DNA of 64,000 nt, from positions 32,463 to 96,462 of the forward strand of contig JANJXX010000005.1 of NCBI GenBank assembly GCA_024720975.1, written 5' to 3'. This stretch comes from Thermoproteota archaeon (GTDB lineage: Archaea > Asgardarchaeota > Njordarchaeia > Njordarchaeales > Panguiarchaeaceae). Under the pieces are notes generated by a model. That model was not told where the DNA came from and searched no databases. It saw only the letters and a list, made by a program, of their open reading frames with translations. How positions within the stretch are numbered: the first letter of the stretch is position 1; every line of letters starts with the position of its first letter. Shown in pieces: positions 1-9,640 of the stretch. A program made the translations under genes and the position numbers.

Positions 1-50
1 AGATAAGTCTCCCCTTATTTTATATTGCATCTCACCTCCAAGTGTGTTGA

Positions 51-1148
51 TTGTCTGACGTTATAATTGTGGGCGGAGGCTTCGCCGGAAACTTCTTGGC
101 GTATAAGCTAGCAGATAAAGGCATTAGCGTGAAAGTTTTTGAGGAGCATAGAACTATAGGGTATCCATCCCACTGCAGTGGATTAGTTAGTAGAAAAGGT
201 CTAAGTAGATTAGGGATACTTCAGGAAATATTAAGCAGAGGTATGGTATTATCAGCGCATAGATGTCTGCGAATTCGAGCTTATAATAAGTCTAGGATAA
301 TTCAGCTCAGCGGTGATGAGCTTTTTGTTATTGATAGACCCTCTCTCGACAGACTCCTATTCGAAAAAGCAGTGAATCGCGGGGCAGAGTATTACTTGGG
401 AGAAAAGGTAAGCGCGATAGAAAAGGATGGCTGCATTAAAATTCGCACAAAGCACTACAGATCTAAAATTGTCGTTGATGCAGAGGGAGCTGCAAAAAAA
501 CTCGCACGTGGATTTGTATCTAGACTTACAGAGACAATACCAGCCCTTCAGATAGATGTAAGTGCTCGATCTAATAAAAAGACAGATGGTATTATAGATA
601 TTTACTTTAATACTCCTGATTTTTTCTCGTGGATTATACCCATCGGGGATAACGTCTTTAGACTAGGCGTTGCCAGTAGATGGATCAATGATAAATACAA
701 ATTCCTAAGCGATCTGGCGAAGGTCAAACTAGGTTCATTCAAGGTAATCAACATTTTTGGTGGTCTCGTAAATACCGGTGGACCATTGGATAAATTCGTC
801 TTTGGCAAAGTCGCGCTTGTAGGTGACGCGGCGGGCCAGACAAAACCAACGACAGCTGGCGGAATTGTATGGAGTGGAATTTCGGCATGTCTCCTTGCAA
901 AAGTGATAGAATTAAATATTAGCGGATATGTAAACATGTCCGCCTATGAGAGGCTCTGGGAAAAACTGTTCGGTTCTCATGTTTTGTTAATGTCAATGAT
1001 CCGCAAAATCCTATATCTTGGCAATCCTCAAACGAAGTTGAACTTCCTACTATCGTTGCTTCCAAGCGTAATTACTGTGAGTTTTGATTATGATTTTCAA
1101 TTCGATTTAATTCAAAAATTAACTATGTACTCTAGGAAAAATCACTAG
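51..1148 (+). CDS. Geranylgeranyl reductase-family FAD oxidoreductase
   Basis: Rossmann motif DVIIVGGGFAG, PSHCSG, DR..LD, FSWIIP, GDAAGQTKPTTAGGI. Confidence 0.8.
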   Translation: MSDVIIVGGGFAGNFLAYKLADKGISVKVFEEHRTIGYPSHCSGLVSRKGLSRLGILQEILSRGMVLSAHRCLRIRAYNKSRIIQLSGDELFVIDRPSLDRLLFEKAVNRGAEYYLGEKVSAIEKDGCIKIRTKHYRSKIVVDAEGAAKKLARGFVSRLTETIPALQIDVSARSNKKTDGIIDIYFNTPDFFSWIIPIGDNVFRLGVASRWINDKYKFLSDLAKVKLGSFKVINIFGGLVNTGGPLDKFVFGKVALVGDAAGQTKPTTAGGIVWSGISACLLAKVIELNISGYVNMSAYERLWEKLFGSHVLLMSMIRKILYLGNPQTKLNFLLSLLPSVITVSFDYDFQFDLIQKLTMYSRKNH

Positions 1149-1198
1149 TGATGAAAAGAGGGTCATCCGACTGTAATGACGAAAACACTTATCTGAAG
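1146..1198 (+). ncRNA. Box C/D 2'-O-methylation guide sRNA
   Basis: C GTGATGA 1148-1154, guide AAAGAGGGTCAT, D' CCGA 1167-1170, C' ATGACGA 1176-1182, guide AAACACTTAT, D CTGA 1193-1196; canonical archaeal spacing. Confidence 0.85.
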
Positions 1199-1254
1199 GA
1201 TATAAATTTCTCATATACAAAGTTTTATGCAGGTAGTGGTAGTTACCCGCCCAA

Positions 1255-1890
1255 GTGCAGGTTCAGGAACGCAAACCACGGGGAATTATCATGAAGGTAC
1301 TTCAGAGTTGTATTGAAATAAAGATAGCTGTGATTGGAGATGAAGCCGTAGGTAAGACCGCAATTACGCGTAGATATCTTGGAGAGCCATTCACTGATTA
1401 TAAGCCAACTTTAGCTGCAGACCTATACTTGAAGCGTACTTCATACAATGTTGAACCTTTCGGGCGATGTGACATTATGTGGATTATAGTTGACATGTCG
1501 GGACGGCAGATATTTGAGTTTATTAGACAACAATACTATAGGGGTGCCAAAGCAGCAATTGTGGTTTTCGATGTTTCACAACCAGAGACATTCAAATCCA
1601 TTCCAAGATGGATAAAAGAATTTTGGAAGTATAGTGGTGGCATGAATCCTTTTATAATCATCGGTAACAAAATAGATCTTAGAGAGACAACGAATTGCAT
1701 CCCCTATGAATACGGAGCTAATTATGCTAAGGAGCTCTCTAGAGTAGCTGGGATGCCGATAACTTATGTTGAAACTTCAGCAAGGAATGGAATTAATATT
1801 GAAAAAGCATTTGAACTATTGGCGAATACTATAATTACCTCCCTAATCATGAAGCAAGAGAGCAGAGAGGTAGGAAAATTGCATGAGTGA
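1255..1890 (+). CDS. Rab/Ras-like small GTPase (start may be ATG 1291)
   Basis: G1 GDEAVGKT, G2 YKPT, G3 DMSGR, YYRGAKAAIVVFDV, G4 NKID, G5 ETSA. Confidence 0.9.
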   Translation: MQVQERKPRGIIMKVLQSCIEIKIAVIGDEAVGKTAITRRYLGEPFTDYKPTLAADLYLKRTSYNVEPFGRCDIMWIIVDMSGRQIFEFIRQQYYRGAKAAIVVFDVSQPETFKSIPRWIKEFWKYSGGMNPFIIIGNKIDLRETTNCIPYEYGANYAKELSRVAGMPITYVETSARNGINIEKAFELLANTIITSLIMKQESREVGKLHE

Positions 1891-3052
1891 GATTATCCTA
1901 GGAAGGCTCTCCGGTGAAGTGACCCTCAAATCTCGTGGAGTAATAAGGAGTTGGCTTAACCTTCTTGTCAAGCAAATAGAAAGAAGACTCCAGAGAAAGA
2001 ACCTAAAAGCAAGCATTCAAATTCTAGAATTGCGTGTAATTGTAGAGCCAAAAGAAGATTCTAATATTGAACTAATAGCCGATAGTGTTGCAAAGACTTT
2101 CGGTATAAAAGAAGTAATCATTGCTAAGAAAGTACCCTTAAACATTGATGATATAATTAGCGCATCAAGAGAAGTTGTGTCGAATTTCTCTGGGACATTC
2201 GCTGTCAGGACACACAGAGCCTACAAAGGATTTCCTGTAACAAGCATTGAGCTCAACAAAATTATTGGCGAGGTCTTGGTGAGAGAGAATAAAAATCTTA
2301 AGGTAGACCTCAAAAATCCAGATTTGGAACTGAGGATAGAAATACGGAAAGATGGCGCATATGTTTATAGAAAGAAAAAAGAGGGGCCCGGCGGTTTGCC
2401 GTATAGTGTTTCAGGAAGAGGCATAGCACTAATATCAGGTGGCATCGACTCATCAGTAGCTGCCTGGTTGGCGATGAAGAGAGGCATGAAGATAATCGCA
2501 CTTCATGCTGATATGGGGGAGTATTACTCTGATCGTGCGAGAAACAGAGCTAGGGCTGTATTAAAGTGGCTGGCTGACTGGGTGCCATCAGGTAAATTAA
2601 AAGCATATATAGTTCGTGTAGCAAAACTACATGAAAGGGTAAAGTTGCCCTCAGACGAGTTTAGGTGTGTCTTCTGTAAAATGCTGCTAGTAAAGCTAGC
2701 AGAGTTGGTAGCTAAAAAAGAATCTGCTCATGCGATCATAACTGGAGAAAGCCTGTCACAAGTAGCCTCGCAAACACCACAAAACATCAAAATTATAAAC
2801 CTTGTGACGAGTTACCCGATATTGCGGCCCTTGATATTTATGGATAAGTCAGAGATTGATAGCATAGCTCAAAAAATTGGTCTGTACAATATTGTAAGTA
2901 TTGATGTGGGCAGCTGTCTCCTTTTACCTCGCAGACCAGCTTTAAAAACCGACGATAGGTTTGCAACTAGGTTAATTGAGATCTTGTACTCATTACCACT
3001 CGAGGAGACTTTAGAAAGAGATGCTGTGGTTGAATTTATAAGTTCGGCATGA
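1883..3052 (+). CDS. thiI: tRNA 4-thiouridine synthase ThiI (THUMP + PP-loop, CxxC type, no rhodanese domain)
   Basis: GPGGLP, SGGIDS, CVFC, TGESLSQVASQT, RPLI..DK. Confidence 0.92.
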   Translation: MSEIILGRLSGEVTLKSRGVIRSWLNLLVKQIERRLQRKNLKASIQILELRVIVEPKEDSNIELIADSVAKTFGIKEVIIAKKVPLNIDDIISASREVVSNFSGTFAVRTHRAYKGFPVTSIELNKIIGEVLVRENKNLKVDLKNPDLELRIEIRKDGAYVYRKKKEGPGGLPYSVSGRGIALISGGIDSSVAAWLAMKRGMKIIALHADMGEYYSDRARNRARAVLKWLADWVPSGKLKAYIVRVAKLHERVKLPSDEFRCVFCKMLLVKLAELVAKKESAHAIITGESLSQVASQTPQNIKIINLVTSYPILRPLIFMDKSEIDSIAQKIGLYNIVSIDVGSCLLLPRRPALKTDDRFATRLIEILYSLPLEETLERDAVVEFISSA

Positions 3053-3257
3053 TATGGAGTATATACTCAGCGATTTATTGTGTATTGGCAATTTCTTGCT
3101 ATGTGCATAACGATTAACACGAACAAATAACAGCCACAAAAGTCAATATGATGTGAATACTAAAGGTTATAGATGGAGTTTAGCAAGTGCAAAACTTTTT
3201 AAGGTAAATACAGGGTATATATTTATATGGAATAAAGTTAATTCAGGTCTGGTGGAT

Positions 3258-4289
3258 ATGGCGCTGCAGCATGCAAAAAAGAATACAGAGAAAAATACTA
3301 TGCACCTAGTGACAATGAGTGACATGGATATGGATGCCCTTGAAAGCAATTTTATGCCAAAATACGGCGTCTGTCAATACTGTAATGTGCCTCTGGAATA
3401 TGATAATGAAAGGGATGAAGTTCGTTGCCCGGAGTGTGGACGCGTTTATGATAGCTTCATAGAACCTTATGCTGAGCTTGAATTTCCAAGAACGGAAGGG
3501 GAAGAAGAAGTCTCTCAGATGCACAGAAAGATAAGTTTGGCCGATAGATATTCAATAGAAAGTGAGATTCGAAGAAAACACTTAAAGGAAGCTAGTGACA
3601 TTCTTCGTAAAGCAGCTGAAATGCTAGGCTTGTCGGCTAGTAGTGCAATTGTTAGGACTGCTCAAGAATCTTTTGCTAAATATACTAAGATGCAAAAAAC
3701 TAGAAGTGACAGTTTGGAAATAACGGCATATGCTGCGTTATTAGCTACAGCTAGAGATTTGGGATATGCGATCACTGAGGAGACCCTGCTTACAGTCCTT
3801 GGAAAGAATGATCCTCAAGAGATAAAAAAGCTTGCTAAGCAAATAAGATCTAAGAGACGTGAAATAACTAATGTGCTAAAGTTGAGAACGTCGCTCGTAG
3901 AAGACTTAGATCAGCCTCTTAAGCTTCTTGAAATATATAGGGAGAGGTTCAAAAGTGTACCTATTTTAAGCGAGCACGTTGAGGCCATAACTCAGAAAGT
4001 TTATGATCTATGGAACAAGGCAAAAAACGACCTAATGAAACTAAATAAAATTCCAAAGAGTATAATAACGTCGCTAACGTATGTTGCGGCCTTGCTGGTA
4101 TTGCCACCGGAAAAGAGAGTTCGCATAAGGCAATTTGACATTACTGAAGTATTCCAGACGACACCAATAACAATAAGGGATGTACTGCCTATAATTCTTA
4201 AATACCTAACCCCCGAAGAGCGTCAAATATTGAAAGTTTGCATGAGGAGGGGAAGAAAGACATCAAAGTTAGTTAATAAAGATAAGTAA
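3258..4289 (+). CDS. Divergent TFB/TFIIB-like protein (start uncertain: 3258 or 3315)
   Basis: Zn ribbon CQYC-x14-CPECG followed by two cyclin-like helical repeats ending in an HTH-like QFDITEVFQTTPITIR. Confidence 0.7.
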   Translation: MALQHAKKNTEKNTMHLVTMSDMDMDALESNFMPKYGVCQYCNVPLEYDNERDEVRCPECGRVYDSFIEPYAELEFPRTEGEEEVSQMHRKISLADRYSIESEIRRKHLKEASDILRKAAEMLGLSASSAIVRTAQESFAKYTKMQKTRSDSLEITAYAALLATARDLGYAITEETLLTVLGKNDPQEIKKLAKQIRSKRREITNVLKLRTSLVEDLDQPLKLLEIYRERFKSVPILSEHVEAITQKVYDLWNKAKNDLMKLNKIPKSIITSLTYVAALLVLPPEKRVRIRQFDITEVFQTTPITIRDVLPIILKYLTPEERQILKVCMRRGRKTSKLVNKDK

Positions 4290-4510
4290 ATCAAGTTAAT
4301 AAACAGCTCACATCTATTTCTTTGATGCATCTCGAAACCGAAATAAGTTTGAGTATCAACATACCTTTGAAAGTCGTTAAACAGCGTTTTCAACTCAATT
4401 TCTAGCAGATTCTAAAATAATTAGACAAACGCTGAAACGGATCCTAATTTGACATTTTCATAGCAATGGAAAGCATACTACGGGCTCTTAGGCTCTTTTG
4501 CAAATGAAAA

Positions 4511-5848
4511 TCAGAGGATATATGTTTCAGTCCAATTAAAGTTGTTAACAAAGTTCATTAGATCGCTCTCTATATACTTAAAGTTCTCCTCAACGCCGTA
4601 CAAAACAATCATTCCGGTTAAGTCGTATTCCTCTATATTCGTGACAAACACATAGCACAGTAATTTAAGTTCCACACGGGGACCGAAGTCTGAAATCGTC
4701 CTCATAGTTGAGTTTAAATTAAGATACATTCTCGCAGTTTGTGAAGCTTGATACTTTCCTACCTTATATAGGGTCACAGTGGGTTCGAAGTGTCTGATAC
4801 CCTGCATTATTAGCCATGCTAGAAATTGCAGACTTATTATCTCCTGTAGAAGAGTCAGATCACAATCGCCTGTCTTTAAATCTATTATTTTCTTCGCACT
4901 GCGGATTAGATATAAGTTGATGCCTGCTTGGTACCAATAACTGTCCTCATATATATGTTGAGTAGGATATGTTATGAAAACTGTCCCGGAAACGCCTAGT
5001 GGCGACCATACGTAAGACATGCGCATTTCATGTATGCTCCAGTCGCCCGGCAGGAAGTTCTTGATACATTCATGAACTTTTCTCTCGGGAGACAACATGT
5101 AAAATCCTCCAACAAGCGCAATTGGCGCAACGATTATCAGTAGAAGAGCCAGCCCGAATGCTTGTCTCTTATAGTTAATCTTTCCCTTCACAGAAGAAAG
5201 CACAGTTTCGAGATCTAGCGCGAGCCATACTATGCCGTATAGAATTAGCGGTCCGGCGCTATCTATTATCATCAGGTATATTGTTGTTTTCACAAGCTCC
5301 AGCATAGTTCCAGAGAAGACATCTACAAACAATGTAGAATATAGCGTTAGATCTATGATAACCAATGCCGGAGGAGCTACTAATAGCATAATTGCACCCA
5401 AGGTTTGTGGTGGTATTCTGACCTGAGTGAAAACCGGCAGAAAACTTATTGCTAGAAGAAACAATCCAAATCCAGTTAACGAAATGCCGGCAATTTTTAT
5501 CCCCAATTCCGGTGAAGACAATAGAAAAACGCCCGAGCTCAGGAATAATACTGGGATAAGTATGTGTCGGGGACCAAGTTTTTCTAATCTACCTTGAATG
5601 AGGCTGAAGGCGACTCCAAGGAAAAGTGAGTATATTATGTATGATGGCACCTTCCACGCCAATAAGGGATCATGAAGAAGTGTAGCCATCACAAGAGGCG
5701 TTAAAGTTGCAATTATCGCTGTATCAAGAATTGGGACAAGGCTAGCTGCGAAAACTATGCCTACCTTATCTAGAACAGTGTAACCGAAACTTTCACCTAC
5801 CAGGCCAAGTATTGAATTCATCAAAACAAAGCACAAGATTATCAACAA
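4511..5848 (-). CDS. Multi-pass membrane protein with soluble C-terminal domain, function unknown
   Basis: 445-aa ORF with several hydrophobic segments in the N-terminal half. Confidence 0.6.
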   Translation of the reverse strand: MLIILCFVLMNSILGLVGESFGYTVLDKVGIVFAASLVPILDTAIIATLTPLVMATLLHDPLLAWKVPSYIIYSLFLGVAFSLIQGRLEKLGPRHILIPVLFLSSGVFLLSSPELGIKIAGISLTGFGLFLLAISFLPVFTQVRIPPQTLGAIMLLVAPPALVIIDLTLYSTLFVDVFSGTMLELVKTTIYLMIIDSAGPLILYGIVWLALDLETVLSSVKGKINYKRQAFGLALLLIIVAPIALVGGFYMLSPERKVHECIKNFLPGDWSIHEMRMSYVWSPLGVSGTVFITYPTQHIYEDSYWYQAGINLYLIRSAKKIIDLKTGDCDLTLLQEIISLQFLAWLIMQGIRHFEPTVTLYKVGKYQASQTARMYLNLNSTMRTISDFGPRVELKLLCYVFVTNIEEYDLTGMIVLYGVEENFKYIESDLMNFVNNFNWTETYIL

Positions 5849-6135
5849 TTTACGCAGATACCTTATCAGTTATGACACCTAGCTAATCAAACTACGCCTC
5901 TCAATGGTTCGAAAAGCTTGAAAAACCCAAACCATAAAATTGACAAAAATTCGTCAAATATCCTTAAGTACACAGTAATAAAGCTTTTTTAGACACAAGT
6001 AGCATTTATCTAGATAGATCTCGATTCAAAGTGATTCGATGAGCCGGTAATTTCCAAATGGTTGAGACTTCTATCGCGGGTTCCCCATAGCCATATATAG
6101 ATTCTTTGCGCTTTTGTCTAAGTAGGTAACATGTT

Positions 6136-6458
6136 GGACTGTTTTCTTTGTGAACTTTTTAAGCTATTTTAGCTACTACAGATACATAGAAACAAAAGAG
6201 AAACCAGTGAGCATAAAGATTTTTATACCTTAATTCTATATGAACTGATATTAGGCTCTCGCCTCAATGACGGCGTGGTGGTCATCAGAGGCGGGAGGAT
6301 ACACCTGTCTCTCGAGGCGGGCTTAGTGGTGCCCGTCGATGTAGCTCCCGATGACCCTGCGACAAATGAGCAGGTGCTGAGGGAGAAGCCCGTGTCGAGT
6401 ATATCTATGATATTTAAAATACCTAAACAAACCCAAATAAGCGACACGGACAACCACT
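6136..6458 (+). mobile_element. Non-autonomous tnpB-derived element / candidate omegaRNA locus, copy 1
   Basis: Left end GGACTG...TTTTTAAGCTATTTTAGCTAC and core 6257-6458 near-identical to 8998-9199; ends CAACCACT. Confidence 0.8.
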
Positions 6459-6550
6459 TAATGATGATTTTATATTTGTCTTAAGCTACTGCAATATCAT
6501 AGTTGATTTCCTAATGTATTATTGTTGGAATAGAGTATCGACTGAGTCCC

Positions 6551-7249
6551 GTGGTGAAATTAATGAGCGAACAGAAAGGGGAAGAATCCAAAATGTCAGA
6601 AGAATCGCAAGTCGAGGCGGAAGCTGAGAAGATCCTCAAAGAACTTGAAGCTGGCGAGATTAAGCTTTTTGATAGATGGAGTTGGAAAAACATAGTTGTA
6701 AGGGATCCGGGTCTTGTAACGTATATATCTTTAAAACCTATGTATGTTCCTCATAGCTTTGGTAGGCACGAAAAAACGCGTTTTGCGAAGGCGAAAGTTA
6801 ATATAGTTGAGAGATTGATAAATAGATTAATGACACCGGGCAGAGAAAAGGGTCAACCTAAGACCGGCAGGTTTACTGGTAAAAAACTTCATGCCATGAA
6901 AATTGTAGAGGCAGCATTTGAAATAATAGAAAAATTGACAAAGGAGAATCCTATACAGGTATTCGTGAGAGCAGTGGAAAATGTTGCTCCGAGAGAGGAC
7001 TATACATCTTTCAGAGTTGCAGGAATTATCAAGAAATTTGCAGTTGATATAAGTCCGCAGAGAAGGGTAGATTTAGCTCTTAAATTCATAGTATTAGGTG
7101 CTAGGCAACGTGCATGGAGATCACCAATTAGTATAGCCGAAGCCCTTGCAGAGGAGATAATTGAAGCAGCAAAGGGTCCAGATAATGTAAACTCAATAGC
7201 CGTAAGCAAAAAGATAGAATTAGAAAGGATAGCAGAAGCCGCCAGATGA
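6551..7249 (+). CDS. rps7: 30S ribosomal protein uS7 (archaeal)
   Basis: IKLFDRW, PHSFGRH..RF.K..IVERL, ENPIQV..RAVEN..PRED, VDISPQRRVDLAL, ELERIA. Confidence 0.97.
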   Translation: MVKLMSEQKGEESKMSEESQVEAEAEKILKELEAGEIKLFDRWSWKNIVVRDPGLVTYISLKPMYVPHSFGRHEKTRFAKAKVNIVERLINRLMTPGREKGQPKTGRFTGKKLHAMKIVEAAFEIIEKLTKENPIQVFVRAVENVAPREDYTSFRVAGIIKKFAVDISPQRRVDLALKFIVLGARQRAWRSPISIAEALAEEIIEAAKGPDNVNSIAVSKKIELERIAEAAR

Positions 7250-7251
7250 TA

Positions 7252-8004
7252 CTATTCCACAGTTTTCAAAAATTCTTCTATTGCTTCTATCGTTTGCTTA
7301 AGCATAGCTGAGAATAGTCTTTCCCCCTTTTCCCTTGATGCTCTACTAGGATAGCCCAGCGCACCAGTATCGGTAAATTCTATTGTTCTCCAGGGATATA
7401 TAGCTCTGCTCTTGCTTCGAAAATCGAGATGTTTACCCAAATGACGGAGCTTTGGATCGATAACCTTGTTAAGACGTACTAGATTAGGTTCTTCGAATAG
7501 CATTATGGATGTTTCAAATTCACAAGCATGTCCCCATACATCGCTCTCAAGAATTTCTTTTACTGTGTCGTTAATTAGTTCCCAAGGATTAATAAGGAGA
7601 GCATTGATCTTATATTCAAATTTCAATTTCCTAACAGCTTCTGAAAGTGCATTAGTATTACCCCCATGTCCATTTATAATTATTATGGCTCGAACGCCAT
7701 GCTTTGCTAAACTATTTGCAATTTCACAAACGAGTCTGATAAGAGTCTCAGAGGAAATTGTTATTGTTCCTGGAAAATCCATGTGATGCTCAGAGACACC
7801 ATAATACACCGGAGGAAGAACAAGTATAGAACCACCAAAATTCTTGGCTACTTCCAGGGAGAATTTGTATGCACTTATTGTATCAGTTATTAAGGGCAAA
7901 TGATATGCGTGTTGTTCCGTGCTTCCGATGGGTAAGATAGCGGCTCTTAATCTGGGAATAGCATTCTTGATTTCGTCCCAACTACAGAATCCCCATTCAT
8001 GCAT
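7252..8004 (-). CDS. Creatininase / creatinine amidohydrolase family protein
   Basis: PIGSTEQHAYHLP..TD, GVSEHH..FPGT, NGHGGN, HACEFETS. Confidence 0.9.
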   Translation of the reverse strand: MHEWGFCSWDEIKNAIPRLRAAILPIGSTEQHAYHLPLITDTISAYKFSLEVAKNFGGSILVLPPVYYGVSEHHMDFPGTITISSETLIRLVCEIANSLAKHGVRAIIIINGHGGNTNALSEAVRKLKFEYKINALLINPWELINDTVKEILESDVWGHACEFETSIMLFEEPNLVRLNKVIDPKLRHLGKHLDFRSKSRAIYPWRTIEFTDTGALGYPSRASREKGERLFSAMLKQTIEAIEEFLKTVE

Positions 8005-8165
8005 ATAAAATCCCTAGCACTAATTGCAGAATAGTTAGTCTCAAAATAAGATCCAGTAGAGTTTCTTTCAACTGAGAACAGAATTCAGCACTTAATTGCT
8101 CGTATTTTAAAAAGGTTATTTGGACTTAACAACCTAGCAAATATACCATTGAACGGTGAAAAACA

Positions 8166-8483
8166 ATGGCCGGAACAGAAGCTCCCACAATATATGTTGG
8201 AAAGAAGCCCATCGTTAGGTATCTAATGGCCGCGATTTCAATCCTATTGAATGAAAAGCCCGAAAAGCTCCGCATTAGTGCACGCGGGCGCATGATAAGC
8301 AAGGCTGTCGATGTAGCAGAAATGCTCAAAACACGCTATTTGCCTGGGATAGTTGATATAGATGCGATAAAAACTGGTACAGAAGAACTTCAAGATCCCA
8401 ACCAACCCGGTAGAGTTAACAGAGTCTCAACAATAGAAATCACCCTAAGAAGAACCGGCGAAATAGGAATTTCTAGAAGATAA
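8166..8483 (+). CDS. albA: DNA/RNA-binding protein Alba
   Basis: IYVGKKP..RY, ARGRMISKAVDVAE, VSTIEI. Confidence 0.95.
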   Translation: MAGTEAPTIYVGKKPIVRYLMAAISILLNEKPEKLRISARGRMISKAVDVAEMLKTRYLPGIVDIDAIKTGTEELQDPNQPGRVNRVSTIEITLRRTGEIGISRR

Positions 8484-8873
8484 AAACTAGCTTCTGTGCA
8501 GTCAGCCACTCTTTTTTCATTCCTCATTTATCAGACTATTATATTAATTTCTGCTGCCTTCATCTATCGAACTAGGATGACGACCCAATCCTAGTAATCT
8601 AACAATAGTAATACGTCTAGAACCCTTAACTTTAGATTAACCACTCTCTAATGTGGGTATACTCCACTTCTCCGGCTATTGGTCGTTATTCCGGATGATA
8701 TCCTACAGTTCATATCCTAATAGGAACCCAGCCAGCGCAAAGAAACTTTACCAGGCCGTGCCATAAGCTTTTATAATCATAGCCTTCCAGAGAGCGTAGT
8801 ACCCTTGAAAAATCTCCAGCCTTTGGGTTAAAGCAAGGTATATATGCCTATAACTTAAGATAAAAAGTAACAA

Positions 8874-9199
8874 GACTGTGTCTTCCGTAAAAGTTTTTAA
8901 GCTGTTTTAGCTACTATAGGTACTTGGAATCAGATTCAAGTGCAAGAAATGCGGATTCGAGTTTAACTCACACTACGTAGCTTGCCTAAACCTCTTCTCT
9001 CGCCTCAATGACGGCGTGGTAGCCATCAGAGGCGGGAGGATATATGCATACCTCGAGGCGGGCTTAGTGGTGCCCGTCGATGTAGCTCCCGATGACCCTG
9101 CGATAGATGAGCAGGTGGCGAGGGAGAAGCCCGTGTCGATAATACCCAAGATAATCAAAACACCTGAACAAACCCAAATAAGCGACACGGGCAACCACT
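8874..9199 (+). mobile_element. Non-autonomous tnpB-derived element / candidate omegaRNA locus, copy 2
   Basis: Same left end and core as copy 1; from 8932 it translates RFKCKKCGFEFNSHYVACLNL, the TnpB C-terminal Zn-finger half plus RuvC-III region, with no in-frame start upstream. Confidence 0.85.
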
Positions 9200-9640
9200 C
9201 TATCTCTTCTCTTTCTTCTTGCGGCCAGATACAAGCTCATATAGGGATATTCCATTAACCTTAATTACACGGTATTTTACACCGGGAATATCGCCAAACG
9301 AGCGTCCACGAACTCCTCCTATGGGTTGAATTAGAACCTCATCATGCTCATCAATCATTAAAAGTCCACCGTCATAAGGTACAAAGGCAGTTACAATTTT
9401 CCCATTTTTCTTTAATTTTACCTTCACACACTTTCTAAGAGCGCCTGTTGGTTTTCGTGCCTCGACTCCAACTTTTTTGAGGACAATCCCTAACGCCTGC
9501 GGAGCTCCCTCAAGTGGATCAAACTTCTTCTTGAATCTTAGGACTCTCCTCTTATAATCGAGGTCAGCCCATCGTGCTTTACTCCTCTTTTTCCTCAGTA
9601 TCCTTACTGCAAACTCTCCCCTTGGTGATTTCGTTACCAT
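9200..9640 (-). CDS. rps12: 30S ribosomal protein uS12 (start 9640, or 9712 with a 24-aa extension)
   Basis: [45 protein letters not shown]. Confidence 0.95.
   Translation of the reverse strand: MVTKSPRGEFAVRILRKKRSKARWADLDYKRRVLRFKKKFDPLEGAPQALGIVLKKVGVEARKPTGALRKCVKVKLKKNGKIVTAFVPYDGGLLMIDEHDEVLIQPIGGVRGRSFGDIPGVKYRVIKVNGISLYELVSGRKKKEKR

Noticed and set aside
6125-6140. Shared TAM, target-site duplication or terminal inverted repeats for the elements
   Set aside because: Left flanks (ATGTTG, AACAA, TCTTG, TTGATA) give no clear consensus, and no TSD or TIR was seen, so the IS family (IS605 versus IS607) is unresolved
6275-6484. 69-aa ORF, its twin 9016-9258 and the antisense ORFs 6223-6453 and 8973-9194 as a small protein family
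   Set aside because: They lie in the repeat core, continue the tnpB remnant frame, and indels break the frame in copy 3; conservation is better explained by the element
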